NCBI GenBank assembly: GCA_951406725.2
Contig: OX597822.1
Coordinates: 36,642,001-36,706,000 of the forward strand
Direction: 5' to 3'
From: Octopus vulgaris
Lineage: Eukaryota
DNA: 64,000 bases
Positions 1 to 14,365 of the stretch are shown piece after piece. The notes under the pieces were generated by a model. It was given only the letters and a program-made list of their open reading frames with translations. It was not told the origin of the DNA and did not search any database. The position numbers and the translations under genes are program-made. Every line of letters begins with the position of its first letter. Position 1 is the stretch's first letter.

Positions 1-530
1 TTCGTGTGTTAGGCCTCATGGAGGCAGTGATGTCAAGCCAAGTGGGATCATAATCATGGCCAATGCCAGTGTCATGTAACTTGCCCATTAAAAACACCTT
101 TTGGGTGATATGCTGCGCTTTTGAAGACCTGTTGAATCAAGTGAAATCATAGTCGTGACTGATGCCAGTGCCATATGACTTGTACCCATACCAGTGGCAC
201 ATACAAAGCACCATTCAAATGTTGGGCCTCATGGAGGCAGTGACAGTTGACCAAGACCCTTGGTGATATACTGTGCTTGTGTTGACCTGTCAAACCAAAT
301 GAGTCCATAGTTGTGGCTGATGCTAGTGTCAGGTCAATGGCACCCATGCTGGTGGCACATAAAAAGCACCCACTATGCTCTCAGAGTGGTTGGCGTTAGG
401 AAGGGCATCCAGCTGTAGAAACCTTGCCAAATCAGATTGGAACCTGGTGCAGCCCCCAGACTTACCAGTTTTCAGTTGAACCATCCAAACCAGCCAGCAT
501 GGAAAGCAGACATTAAATGATGTTGATGAT
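1..530 (+). mobile_element. 3' end of RTE-like LINE (repetitive 3'UTR plus GAT tail), CpG-decayed copy
   Basis: Shares 'aaaagcacccacta..ctc..agtggttggcgttaggaagggcatccagctgtagaaac..gcatggaaagc.gacgttaaa.gatgatg' with about 10 other copies. The copy at 13570-14010 links this tail to an RTE ORF C-terminus. Confidence 0.75.
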
Positions 531-555
531 AATGAATAGTAAGAATGTTAATAAT

Positions 556-805
556 ATCATCCTTAATCAGTCCTTATTCAGGAACCTTTTGAGCAGGATA
601 GGTTCCTTGACCTAAAGAAAATTCCAACTGGTCTGCATCTGCAAGTTCATGTGCTGTTTATCTTGATATGAGGTCACCATGTCATGCACATATGGTTGTG
701 ATGCATGTGCCTGGTGTACCCTTAATAGATGGGTAGTCATGATGCTTGTATTGGGCTTTGTATATTTGTATCCCAGCATCACTTTGATGTGCTGCTCTCT
801 CACTC

Positions 806-840
<35 letters not shown>

Positions 841-843
841 TAA
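556..843 (+). mobile_element. Non-coding retroelement fragment with (AAT)n tail
   Basis: Reverse-complement homologue of 39230-39715; ends in 'ctctctcactc' followed by (aat)n. Confidence 0.65.
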
Positions 844-1422
844 TATTTTTCTCTAAAAATAATTAGAATTAAGCAAGTATCAGTAAAGAAAATATTTTGA
901 AGCAGGTGGCCGAGAAAAACAAAGTGATTTCTAAGCTCTACATTCTTTCTTATCAAATATTCTGTCAAGTCTTCTCTTGGCATTTTTCCATAAATTTATT
1001 TATAAAGCAGTTTGTGTAACAGGAAACGTATCATTTAGATCCTTGTTACGTGCAAATTAGTTTTCGTCTTCTAGGAAACTTAAATCTTTCTCTTTTACAT
1101 ACTTTCATGTGAATATCAAGAAATATTTATCAAATTTTTGCCTTTTCTCTGATTCTTTGTATCATTTGTTTCCTTTGAAGAATCTGTAAAAATTGTTTTG
1201 GGGTTCTGTCTGAACAGAATATATAAAATAAGTCCCAATCAATTAGTAAATAGATTATGAAGATGCTAATAATTGTGATCTTAGTAACACTTCTTGTATA
1301 TTATATTCACTGCTCTAATCAAAAGATTAATTCTTTCTTGTTGTTTTTTTCCAAAATTGCATTTTTATAAAGATTATTAAAACTAATAGAATTTTTATTT
1401 TTCTCCTTTTTGAATTTTTCAG

Positions 1423-1563
1423 GATGGATTTGTGGAATTCTATGAAAGTGGACGTGACAATCAAACCGGAGATATTTGGCCATCATTAAGAAATTTCTGT
1501 GTTTTTGCAACAGGGGCGTTGGGATTCTTGACACTAGGGGCCTTTCTGGCTCAGAAGTCCTAG
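1423..1563 (+). CDS. Last coding exon of a Bcl-2 family anti-apoptotic protein (Bcl-2/Bcl-xL-like): end of BH2 plus C-terminal membrane anchor
   Basis: Pyrimidine tract plus AG at 1421-1422. The phase-0 exon reads DGFVEFYESGRDNQTGDIWPSLRNFCVFATGALGFLTLGAFLAQKS*. DGFVEFY matches the BH2 tail (GGW|DAFVELY in BCL2, GGW|DTFVELY in Bcl-xL) at the conserved intron position, and is followed by a hydrophobic tail anchor with a terminal Lys. Upstream exons lie outside the window. Confidence 0.92.
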   Translation, partial: DGFVEFYESGRDNQTGDIWPSLRNFCVFATGALGFLTLGAFLAQKS

Positions 1564-1864
1564 CATTGAGCTGTTTTCTTAGCTGAGTTTTAAGCTAAGC
1601 TCAGTTCAAGTCTAGTTCCAATTTTACTCTGGCTCAGATATGCTCTGATCCAGATGAGAATCAAGTACTGCAACAAAAAATGATTTGAATCCAGCATGGT
1701 ACACAGAAATATTAAAGCAAAATAACCCAGTCATTGTGTTTGATACAGAGTCTACCAGTCCGGTGAGAGTATGCTGAAAACAACAACAACAAAATGGCAA
1801 CATCCTCAGATTCCTTAAATTTCTTCTCACTTTCCTGAGTATATGTGTCTGTCTGGAGTAGGGC

Positions 1865-1884
1865 GTGTGTGTGTCTATACATAT

Positions 1885-1922
<38 letters not shown>

Positions 1923-2159
1923 GTTACATTATTAAATGTACATATCATATATAGTTATATATATATATATATGCATATTATATATTACAAATTATATACG
2001 TGTGTGTGTATTTATATATATGCATTATATATATATATATATATATAATGTTATATATGCCTATTATAAATATTGCATTAAGTATATTATATAAACACGT
2101 ACGTATGTTCTATAAATGCATTTAAGACATATATATATGTATATATATAATATATACAA

Positions 2160-2210
<51 letters not shown>

Positions 2211-2471
2211 TAGATGTTTTGTGTTTGTATATATATATATCATAGTATATATATTGTATGCATATTCTTCACACACACATATCATATATTATATCAAGGG
2301 AGAATTCTGGTGCAGAAAAACCAGAGGATGCAGTCTTCAAAAATCAAGCTATATAATTGAATTAGGGTTTCTAGCTGTGTCTCATAAAAATGAACAACTT
2401 CACCTGAAATCTGATTTGTATTTGCATATGTTTGTGTGTGTATATAATATGTATTATATACATGCATAATA

Positions 2472-2511
<40 letters not shown>

Positions 2512-2590
2512 GTGTATATCATAGATATATCATGCAAGCACATATATGATATAAATACAAACACACACACACAAAAGCATATATACATAT
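1865..2590. repeat. Compound (TA)n/(CA)n/(TG)n microsatellite region
   Basis: Direct inspection; source of the YIYIY ORFs. Confidence 0.9.
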
Positions 2591-3484
2591 TCTTAATAAT
2601 TTTCCCATTTCTCTAATTCTTATAAAAGTTGGCATATTATTTCTCATTCTGTTTACTTTCTTGAAAAGATGCTTTTACTATTGTATGTAAGTGTAGATGA
2701 TTTTCCCCTTCAATTAATTTTGGCACAAATTTAGAATACTAAATTTCCTGTAATTTAAGAATCTCATCTAATTCTCTCTCAATTGTAATTTTTATTTCAT
2801 TATTGGTTTATTAAATAGATAAATTTGTAACACTATTCATACCTACACATTCTCTTATACACCTATACATTGCCCACTGTCACATTTGCAGGAACACACT
2901 CACACAGTATATTATTTTACTCAACATTTATTTTATATGCTCTTATAAACATTATATTTAATTCTGTCAAGCCTAGCTAAATTAAAAATCTGTGTTTTCC
3001 CTGTCCTTTTTTTCTCCTGCTTACCATAATCAATAAAGGATTGATTTCTCATATATCTTTAATGTAAGATAAGGTAAGATTATTTTTAATCTTATCGAAT
3101 TATCAAACCAATAATGCAGTTATGCTGAGAAAGAAATTTCAAATTTAATATTACAACATTCTTTTAATGATAAACTTTATTTCCTTTTTGCAGTTATTTT
3201 TATTAACTTATGTAATTTGTTTAATTTCAGAATGCTGCAGATTTTATGTATTATTCAAATAGTTGTGTTATTAAAAGGAATCAAATAATTGATCCTTCAT
3301 TATATACAATATATGTAATGTTTTTTGAAGCTCCATGTGTATAAAAGACTGGTTGTTAATGTGTCAGTCCATCAAAAGGATTCATATAACATGAATTTTG
3401 ATTAATTTTAAACTCATTCATCAGCCAAGAGACCTGCTAACAATATATTATGCCATTTGGTCCCCAAAGTGGTCTTACATTTAA

Positions 3485-3705
3485 TTCTTTGGCATTCACG
3501 TTACTCTGTCAAAAGTAATGCTTATTTATTCACATTGTTTTGAATTAAACATGCATTATTTTGTAGCTTTTGAAATTTTGATGAGTTAACTGTTAATTTT
3601 TACAATGATATTATAGGGTTGGTGTGAGAGGCTGGTTCTAGCCAGTTTGGGCACAAAACAGGTAGAATATTTTGGCGGGTTATGGCCAGTTTAAATGCTA
3701 AAGAG
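3485..3705. mobile_element. piggyBac-type MITE
   Basis: TTAA on both flanks (3481-3484, 3706-3709); imperfect TIRs TTCTTTGGCATT / AATGCTAAAGAG. Confidence 0.6.
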
Positions 3706-6371
3706 TTAATAGCATTCTTGATTTGGCTTTCTGAAAATAAAAGCCACATTTTGTCTACTTTATACAAATTGTTAAATAGTTCTGTATTTACTACCTCTAC
3801 CTTCTTTTATTATTTATAATGAATATCAGACAATAAAAATATTTTATTTTAAATTTTTATAAATATTTATTTCCAAGAATAACTAACTGCAAGATGAATC
3901 ATGCTAACTTAACCACAGTTGGTTATTGTTAACAACGGTTACATGAGGAGGAAGATTTGTCTAAACTATACTTTCTAGAGTGGAAACTAATTTGTAAGTC
4001 CAGTCCTAGCTTGTAAATTATATTTTCTTCTTTTGTGAAGCAAAATGATCAAGCATTAAATTAATGATACAAAAATGTATATAACCACCTGCTGGTGGTA
4101 AGTGGGGGGTGAGCAAACTATATCATCCTAACATTTAAGTTTACTCCAAGAAATATTATTTCTTTAAAGAAAATAAAACAGTTTGTAGATATTTCAATAT
4201 TTTGCTGATGCTTTTTTCCCCTCCTTTAAGAGATACAGCAGCTGTGACTAAAGAGACTTGTCAGTCCACCTCATGGTCCCAGCAGACAAATTGGAAAAGG
4301 TGTTGCCCTGGAAGATGGCAAGGGAGGTGTACTGAAACAGTTACTCTGACTCACAGGGCTCACACTTGAGGATAGCCATCTCTGCCCCAACAGCAGTGAG
4401 AAGGGACATAATTGGGGGGGGGGCAAAGGGCAAGAATGCTGAGGTCTATTTCAGTATCAGATATTTGGTTTTCAAACTATTTATATTTCATTCTGCACAT
4501 TTTAAGTGAGTTGAATACAATGAGCAAAGGAATGAAACCCTTTGTAGACCTGAAAATATGGCAGTAAAGGAATTATATTAGAAGAAAAGGCATTGAAGCT
4601 ATTTTTTTATTTTTGCTTTTAAGAGTCCATTAATAACTTCTGTTGTATGTCTTGTTTTTTCATTTTAATTTCATCTCTTCATAGATAAGTAGTGTGAGGG
4701 AGTGTCAACTGAGCTGTTAAGAGTTTATATGTCCTGGGTTAGTTCACCAAACAGTAACTCAGTTGTACCCAGCTGCTTTTGTATGTGTGCTTAAACACAC
4801 TCATAGATTAAAACTGGAGATGTATTCAGCATCAAAAATGGATGATAAATATATGTCTATTTGTGTGTGTGTATATAATCATCATTATCATCATCATCAT
4901 CATCATTATTGTTCTAACGTCCACCTTACCATGCCTTCATAGTTAAGTGAAATTTATTGAGGTGGATTTTATACAGATGAGTGCACTTTCTGTTACCAAC
5001 CCTCATCTGTATCCAAGTAAGGTAATATTTTCATATAACCAGACATGTTTTCATGGAAGATTGGAAACAAATCACACTGATGAGTCAGAGGACTGCATCA
5101 GGCTTCTACATGGCATGATTTTTATGGCTGGATGCCCTTACTTATGGCAACCACTTTATAGAATGTACTGGGCACTTTTTATATGGCACCAGCACTAGTG
5201 AGGTCACCAAGTAACTTGCAAGACAAGACCTCCCCCGAGAATGAGTGGAGATGTAGTATTGAGGGCGGTGGCATTATACCAAATGTGGAAAGACTAGAGT
5301 CTGATAGAGGGATATGAACAGGTGTATTGCTGTTGAGAAGATGGAAAGAGAGAAGAAATGGTGGTGATGAGGTATCAGGGCATTCCTTAAAAATACACAA
5401 GAAGGTGAATATATATATATATATCATCATACATCAGCTTTCCATCCTCGCATGGTTAGGATGCTTCAACATGGTCCAACATGTCTTCCTTCAGTATCCT
5501 ACTTTTGGCATGGTTTCTATGGCTGGATGCCCTTCATAACACCATGGCACCAGCACAGTGGAGGTGATCTTATCATCAGTAAGACTAAAATGCCCTCTCA
5601 AATCCTGCCTTATGGAAGTTTGGACGGATTATCGAATGCATGAGGTATACTGGGTGCTTTTTGATGGCACTACCACTGTTGGGGTTGTCTTGTAGCTCAC
5701 AAAGTGAGAGTGAGTGATCCATGTTGAATAGGGTCAGATTTATTGTGAGAGGATGGTAATGGAGAATGTATTAGAATAGTGTTGGGGTGATAGGAAAGGA
5801 AGCAGAGAGGAAGGGACACTGGTAATGGCAATGTGTGTGCGTATGTATGCTATGTATAAGATACATATATAATGTGTGTGTATATACCTTTATATGTATA
5901 TATATATATTTATATATACATATGTATATATATATATTTGTATATTAATGTTTGCTTTTATGTTCAGTTATAATAAAGACAGTTTTACATTAATCTGATG
6001 GGTTAATCTATACTTTTGTAGAGTACAAATTTATTCTTATACAAGAATGTTGACAGTGACTTCTAAGTTTCAGCCAGTTAAGCCATTGTCAGACAATGGC
6101 CAAAACTTCAAAGTCAATACAAACAACATTCTTGTATATGAATAATAAATGTGTGTGTGTGTGTGTGTGTGGATCAGTTAGATCCAGCCAAATTAACATA
6201 GAAGCACACTTCTGTGTATTTTTGGCTAGACAAATTATTCCAAAAAATAGTTCCTGCTAATTTAACTGTTTTAATCAGTTGTCAGTACAGAGCTGGAACA
6301 GGTTCACTGGTGTTCACTGGTGCTGGATATCCTGCAAACCCATGTTACATTTTATGTGGTGTAATCTATCA

Positions 6372-6696
6372 TAAACAAAAATAAAACAAATGAATATTTC
6401 TGGATATCGCTACTCATCTTCTGATGGCATATTTATTCCAAATATGAGTTCAGTTGCATAACATAATAAGGTGACATTATCTTAGTTTGTATTACTACAA
6501 ACTGCTATTTCTTCATGTGATATTCCATTGAATATTTAGTGAAATATCATCTGAAGAAATGGCAGTTTGTAATAATACAAATTTACACAATGTTACCTAT
6601 TTAAGTTAAGCGATGTTACTCATACTTGAAATAAACATGTTATTGAAACATGTGTAGTGCATACTCTGAAATAGTCATTCTTTTTATTCTTGTTTA
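6372..6696. repeat. Degenerate ~325-bp palindrome (foldback/MITE-like)
   Basis: Centred on AATATT (6531-6536). For example 'tttgtattactacaaactgctatttcttca' pairs with 'tgaagaaatggcagtttgtaataatacaaa', and the ends are 'taaacaaaaataaaa' and 'ttttattcttgttta'. Confidence 0.8.
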
Positions 6697-9600
6697 CAAT
6701 GTATATAAACATATATGAAAACATATGTTTAAGACATGCTTAAAACAAATTTAGTATTAATTTAGATTATATTAGAGATCTTCAAGTTTATATTGCCTGC
6801 TATGTGCCTTGCTGGTGTTGGCATAGAATAAGCTGTAAAGATTTATAGTTAATAAGCTATTAAACATATAAGAGATGTTTATGTAATATATTATGTAAAA
6901 TCATATTTCATGACAACCAAATAGATTATTAGTATATTAAATCCTATGTATATGTTTAACAATTATAAAGGCTGAAATTGTGTTTGAAATATTTCATCAG
7001 CTATGACTTTTTAAAAAGATCCTGGGATTATAATTTCATTGTTGTTAATTAGGAAAACTAAGCCTATTTTAAGCATGTTTTTTTTTTAAACATATGTTTC
7101 TTTGCTTTTCTGCTTGGGGTTTTGTAGTATAGGGTTCTACAAAATTTATTATGTAAATATATTTAGCACTTACAATTGTATATCAATGTATACACATTGT
7201 TGTCTATACTGCTGTATGCATTTGTATTTGTGTATATAATGTGTAAGTATGAAGAATAATAAAGTGTAAACAAAAACCTCTATAATTTGTTTAACTTCAT
7301 TTGTAATATTCTGAGATATTTAGTTTAAGTCTGAGTTCATTATTTATTCTCTTTAATTGTTAATAATTACTGATTTCTTTGTAAAAACAGTTTATATTAC
7401 AGCACCAATTTTCATATAATAATATAGCTGATTTTTAAGGATGCCTTTTTTGTTCTTTTTTAAAACTAGGCTTATTAGAAAAAAAAGTAAATGGAACGAT
7501 TCATCGGAAACACTCAAGTACAGAATAATTTACTAGTGAAACCCATTTAATATAATTGTTTCTAATTTAGGTACAAGGCCAGCAATTTTGAGTGGAAGGG
7601 TATTATTTAGTACCCTTGATCCCAGTATGTGACTGGTACTAAATTATAGTATATCTTATAGTTTTATGAAAGTTGAAAGTGTTGCATACATTTGATGAAG
7701 AATTTGAACTGTTGGTATTATTTTAATGCTAAAGCCTGTTCTTTGCTCTTACAAAGTGTTTTATCTGTAATTTCATGTTTATTGTTTGTTTATAGCAGTT
7801 CAAAGCCTTTCATGTCCCAGAACTTTGGTTTCGTTCTTTTTACTAGAATACTTAAATATAAACAAACAGTGGCAGTGGAATTGCTGCTAAACTATTGTAA
7901 AGTAAAAGATTAGTGTTATACTTATCTCACATTACCTAGTTTTTAATAAATTATACCAAATGCCATTGGGTTATATATATGCGTATTTTAATTTTTTCCT
8001 TTCTTGCAGGCTACTGCATTTAGTGGTGATTAGAGCATATATTGTGAAGGGTATCTACTTGGCTGAGGTTTTTTATAATTTTTTAATGATATAACTTTAA
8101 TTTATTTGTACAATTGTTATTTTTTACTATGATCCTATATACGATGGACTAAACAATTTGCTTAAAGTATCAAACTACACAAGATGGACTAATTCAAACC
8201 ATTGGCTTATATTCCCCTCATCCCACCCCACCCAAGTGGAATCAAGGTTTTTTTTTTCATTCCAGTTTTGAGGTTTTGTAAATCACATATTGGAAGATAA
8301 TTTGGTAAAGATGGACCAGTCTGGAGGGCAGCTGTAAGAAAGCCTAAAAGTGATTTTCAGTGAGTTAATGCAATAAAAGTAGAATTGTTATTGGAAGCTT
8401 GTCTGACTTCTCATGAATGACTGTTATTTTTTCATTAAAAGGGAGAGGCTGAAGATTATTTTAAGACGAAAACTCTTCTGGGTATCATTCATGATGACAC
8501 CATAAAAAAAAGCGAAATTGAGAATAAAGCATTAAATGAGAAACACTAAGCAAAGCCTCTAATTTACATAAACCTTTATGGAAAGTCAGTTAAGAAGAAA
8601 GATCAATGGTTTTATATTTGATACAAGACATTTAAAGCCTCCTAAAGCAGAGCCAGGATTTTATCTTAGAAATGGAATTTATCTCAAGATGTAATAAACA
8701 TTTTTGTTAAATGTTTACTCTCCAATCTTTCCAGTCAGAACTTTTATGATTGGCTCTGTTGTTTCTTTAATAATCAGAGAACAAAAATGTTTAGGTTTCT
8801 TTCAAGGAATTGGCAATTACTTCTGTTATACAAATAGCCAGAATTTTCATGATAGCATATTTATTTTTTTTCCTTGAGTGTTTGGACTTTAGCAGAAATG
8901 CCATCATTCAAAATATGTGATGGAACGTTTGACATTAAGAAATGGTTATCAGATTATAAAATATCCCCAGAGTGAACAAAATGCAATACAATGCTATGAA
9001 ACTTTAGAGACTTTTAATACTACTATCATGGCCATTTTAAATATGTTTTATTTTTATGTATTTTAAAAAAAAATTTTCATAAGGCAAATTTATTAATAGA
9101 ATTTTATTAATAAAATAAGGTAAGTCACTATTAGCTTGTCTATGTTATAGATATATTTTAACTTATGTATGCCATTATCCTTCCTGGGAAGGGAAATGTT
9201 TAAATGAGGTTCTGTTTTTGTTTGTATGTGGGCTAGATGTCTTGTAACCAGTGTAATATGTTAATCCCAGTGTAATGTAATCACACACATACACAATAAA
9301 AAAAAGTTTAAAAAAAAATGTTGCAACTCCCAAAATAGAAGAATCTTGTGTGTTTATGGAAAGGTAACAATACATCTAATACTGTACAGAAGCAGTTTTA
9401 GAGCCTTCTCAAAGACAATGATCTACAGCATGAACTAAGGGAGCAGAGGAAAAGAAATTCTTAAGAGTTAATTTTTAAGAGTTTATTTTTAGTAAAAAAT
9501 ATAAAATAAAAAAAAAGTCAATTAAATATCACTTTCTTATTTGAGCAGAATGAATGTATTTGCTTAGAATGGATATGTTTCATAACTTTGCTCCACTTTA

Positions 9601-9991
9601 GAGATTTTAGTTTTGTAGAGAATTTCTTTTCTTATTATCAAGGTAAACTGAAGCCTTTAAAATGTGTTATTTGCTTTTTTGTATCATAAGTTTAGTTGAA
9701 TGGCTATCTTGAAAATTGAAAGGATATATTCCTGGAAAGTTGTTTTTTTTTTTACTATTTTTTTTTTTAAGTGTAATGAAAAGATAGCAACTGGTTAATA
9801 TTTGCTTTTTGGTAACCAGCTTGAAGGCAGGAAGGCTAAATCCTCAAATGTTTCTATATTATTCACATTGTCTGCAATGCATTGCTGCTATAAATAAGCT
9901 CTTTCTTTTTTTCAAATTCTGCTTTTAAGTTCTTTATTCAAATGGATGTCCAAGCAATTAAATTCCCATAATTGACCCATATATATAATAA

Positions 9992-10030
<39 letters not shown>

Positions 10031-13000
10031 TACATATATATACCATAGTTGATACAATGCAAAAACAATTTTAATTTATTGTAGTTTAATTAAAAAAAAA
10101 TGTTTTATTGCACTCATTTTTCAGTTTTTATACTTGGTTCAAACCAATTTTTAAAAAAATTATATTTGCCTTCCGTTAGGGTTATCATGTTACTGCTCAA
10201 CTAGCTCAGACTGGATTGGTAGAGAGTTTCTAGTTTTAAGGTGAAACATTTTAATATTCAATCGATCATTCTTTGACAAATTTCTTCAATTAACTCTATT
10301 CTTCAAATTTTATAGAGATCAGAAGTCATAAAATGGTACTAACAATTTAATATTAATTTAAACTTTAATTTTTTTTCTGTTATTTATATATTTTTGTCTT
10401 AAAAAAAAACAGAAACAACGAAAATTATAAAAAGTGTGTGGAAATGACCTAATGTTACTCTTATATATATATATATATGTGTGTGTGTGTGCGTGTGCAT
10501 GTGTGTATACATTCACACATATAGACATGTATATATATATGCACACATACATATATATTTATACACACAAATATATATATATATATATACATACATATGC
10601 TTACACCCACATATGTATGTTATATATTCTTTTTTTGTATTAAAATCCTTTTATTTCAATGATATTATTTTGTGAAAGAAAACATCTTAAATATCATTTT
10701 TGTCTTATGCTATTTCGTAAACATTTTGTTAATTAAATTGTTACATTTAAATACATTTTTTTTCATGTATATGTGTTTTCCCCTTCGTTACATTTTAAAC
10801 ACACATGTATATATGTATATGTATGAAAGATGTCTGTGTGTGTGTGTGTGTGTATGTATGTTTTTATATAATGTCTCTTTATGTCTTTATTCCCCACCCA
10901 CATATTTGCTGCAATGTTTTTAAAATTAATTTTGGAAATTTCCTCTGTGTATTTTATACCCTGAAAAGGACTACAGCTGGTCATAGGGCATAAATAAGGT
11001 GCATACAATGTGGTACGGAAGGAAAATGGTATGCAATCTGAAAAAAAAAAAAAACTTACAAAGATGGAAAGTATTCTTTTAAAAAGACAATTCCTAGATA
11101 GTTCCTTCCTATTGCCCCTATCTCAGTTTGAACCAATTCCTTAGGCAAGATTTCCATTCTGTATTTCTTTCTCTGCTAATATACTTTATTGTTGTCTGTC
11201 TGGATCTTGCTTTGAAGAGTTAATAAATTTAAATATCATGAAACAGTTCTATCTTGTGGCAATCTTCTTTGCTCCTTTTTTATTACAGAAAATGTTTTTC
11301 TTTTTTTGCTTTCAATTCATTTCATGTAACTTATTAAATGTAGTTTATTTGAAACATATAATGCATGTATATTTCTAGCTTGTGCAATGTGTGGGAGTGA
11401 ATGTACTGGTGTATGTGTTGTGTATCTGTATAGAAATCTTTGTTGTAGAACTAATTTATTTATTTCAGGTTATTCGGAACTATGTTTTAGTTGTAACTTA
11501 AATTATTTAGTTAGTCTGCATTGAGAAAAGAAAGGAAAAAAGTAAGTACCAATTTGTTTTTGAGACACAGATCTATTTTTCATAGCTGTTCTTTGAAAAA
11601 CTGTTGTCCAAGGATTTATAATTAACTATTAATATCTTCTCTTAGTAAAGCCAGTTTTTAAAACTTATATCTGTCCTTGCTATGAAACTTTCAAACAAAT
11701 ATAATTAAAAACAACAAAATAGTTGATTATACAATATTTTTCAATAGTCAATATATATTGAATTTGTTTTGAAATAATTATTTTAAAGTTAAAGAATCAA
11801 AATATTTTAAAGTAAAGCATGGGAAATAAATATAAAATGGATGACAGAAAACCTTGTAAGTAACTGCGTGTTACCTTTTAATTTTGAGTAAGTATTCCGT
11901 TTTCACTTGTGAAATATTTAGATACTTAATCTACATTGACACTATACACTATGTGAACAATGAGTATCAAAACAGAAAATACTTTCCTCTCTTAAATTTA
12001 TATTATAAAAGAGAAGCTGATCTCCATCTGTAACAATATCTGTGTAGAGAAGGGGAAGAGAAAAAGTTGTTGACTGCAAAATACAGTGAGAGAGATAGAG
12101 AGAGTGTGTGTGAAAGATAGATAAATAGGTAGCATTGTCACCTTAATAATTAACAAGTTTTGATTAAAGACAGGAATTTTAAGTGCAAGTCTGTTGACAC
12201 AATGCAACACAGACTTTGAAAAAACACTGTATATATATATATATATTTTTGTGTGTGTGGGGGTGTTCTGTATACCTTTCAGCATATAGACAATGCAACA
12301 CAGACTTTAAGAAAAATATGACTTTGACCAATGTATGAAAGTATGAGTATGATCAATAAATATTTTTACCAGCAGTATAGCAATAGGTAACAACCTAGTT
12401 GCTATAATCCTTAAGTTGTTCATATATTGTACGAATTCCTCTTCATTAACAAAAAAGACAATTATTAAGGATGAAGTTGTATTTTAATAGGCTTTGTTAA
12501 TTGTGTCTAATTTGATTCCTTGTACATCATGTCATTACCATTAGATATTTAGTTGGTCCCTAACATATCAGTTACCTTCCACAAGCTTGAAGTTTCAGTT
12601 GACTATGAAAGGATTTTAAAATCAATATAATTTCACGAAAACTTGATCTTCAAATAATAAAATTAGGATATGTTGTAATATATGCATTGGGCTATCTGGA
12701 AATTTAAAATTTTAACAACCAATTCATTCTGGCCAGCCATTTTGGAGGATGTAGTTAGAAAATTTCTCTAAAAGTTGGGTGGGTGGGTGTAAGACTATAA
12801 AATCTTACTCCATAGTGATTCACTGTATTTTCCGCAAACTTAATGTGGGTTTCAGTTCAAAGTCAGACACTAAAAGCTTCCAACGAAATGTGGTGCCATG
12901 ATTAATTAAGTATAAAAACTGTGAGGTGAAGTTGGGAAGCTGTGAATAAAGAAAGCATGATGGAGTCAGTTCAGGTGCATGGTTCATAAACTGTTTTTAA

Positions 13001-13569
13001 CGTTTGAAGATAAAGGTTAATTACTAAATATATCAAGGAGTAAAACCTCTGCATTTTTGAAATTGTTATTGAGCTAATTATACTGAAGTTCATCATCTGG
13101 ATAATTGACCTATTGGATGTATGTGTTTGGTCTTACCAGTAGTGTTAAATTCCTTTTTTTTTTCACTTCACTGTGAGTTGAGGTTAGAGTAATCTATGAA
13201 ACTTAATTAGTAACAACATTTAATTCAAAAATTTACCTCCAGCATTACTGACACACTTGAAACCATTCTTAGTAAGATGCCTCTCTCTCTCTACCCCCCC
13301 TCTTTCTATATATATATCATCATCATCATCATCATCATTTAATGTCTTTTCCATGCTATATATATATATTTTAATTGCTGGTAGAGACACTGTTTTTCGT
13401 GTTGCAACCATAATATATTAAAGGTTTATAAATCAATAATGTGTCCTACTTTGTGCTGGTTCTAAATTCTATAGAAAGTCTGTAAAGATACATTTATACA
13501 CACACACACACACACACACATAAACTAGTTTTATGTATATAAACATGTGCATACACATTTTTCACATAT

Positions 13570-14010
13570 ATCATCATCATTTAATATTTGTTCTCCATGC
13601 TAACATGGGTTGAATGGTTTGATAAGAGCTGGTCTGCTGGAGAGCTACCTGGCTCCATTTGTCAGTTTTGGTATGGGTTCTATGGTTAGATGCCCTTCCT
13701 AATGCCAACCCCTTTACAGAGTGTACTGGGTGCCTTTAATGTGGCACTGGCATGGGTGCTTTTACATGGGCCCAGCACCTGTAAGCCCACAAGAGTAGGA
13801 TCTCACAACAGAGAGGGACGTAGTAGATATGACTGTGTGTATGGATGTCCATGATTTTACTTAATTTGGTGTGTCTTTTCAAGCACAGCTAACCACCAGA
13901 AGTCTCAGTCCATTGTCATGTCCTCTGTGAGGCCCAACATTTGAAAATCCTTTCTCACCACATCATCTCGCATCTTCCTGGGTCTACCCATTCCACATGT
14001 TCCTTTCACA
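13570..14010 (-). mobile_element. RTE-clade LINE 3' end
   Basis: Minus strand encodes KGTCGMGRPRKMRDDVVRKDFQMLGLTEDM (RTE C-terminal GRPRKxW..V..D motif), then the shared 3'UTR and (GAT)n tail. Confidence 0.75.
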
Positions 14011-14054
14011 ATTAGAAAGAATATATTTATTTATATTATATATATGTCTGTCTG

Positions 14055-14108
<54 letters not shown>

Positions 14109-14111
14109 TAT

Positions 14112-14306
14112 CTTTTTACTTCTTTTATTTGTTTCAGTCATTTGACTATGGCCATGCTGGAGCACCGCCTTTAGTCGAACAAATCGATCCCAGGACTTAT
14201 TCTTTGTAAGCCTAGTACTTATTCTATCAGTTTCCTTTGCTGAACCACTAAGTTATGGGGATGTAAACATACGAACATCAGTTGTCAAGTGATGGTGGAG
14301 AGACAA

Positions 14307-14365
<59 letters not shown>

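Larger units (their letters stand above)
1564..9300 (+). other. Probable long 3'UTR of the Bcl-2-like gene (end uncertain)
   Basis: Mostly unique U-rich sequence after the stop, with few young insertions. Several AATAAA candidates (about 3832, 5972, 6144, 7258, 7945, 9108, 9295, 11826). The true poly(A) site cannot be chosen from sequence alone. Confidence 0.35.

Noticed and set aside
1845-2469. ORFs rich in YI, CV, HT or poly-N/L/M (also near 10.4, 15, 20.8, 30, 33, 51.5, 57, 58.5, 59.3 and 62.4 kb)
   Set aside because: Translations of microsatellites.
8880-9000. MULE transposase remnant (ICDGTF)
   Set aside because: Only a 4-residue motif; no other motifs or TIRs found.
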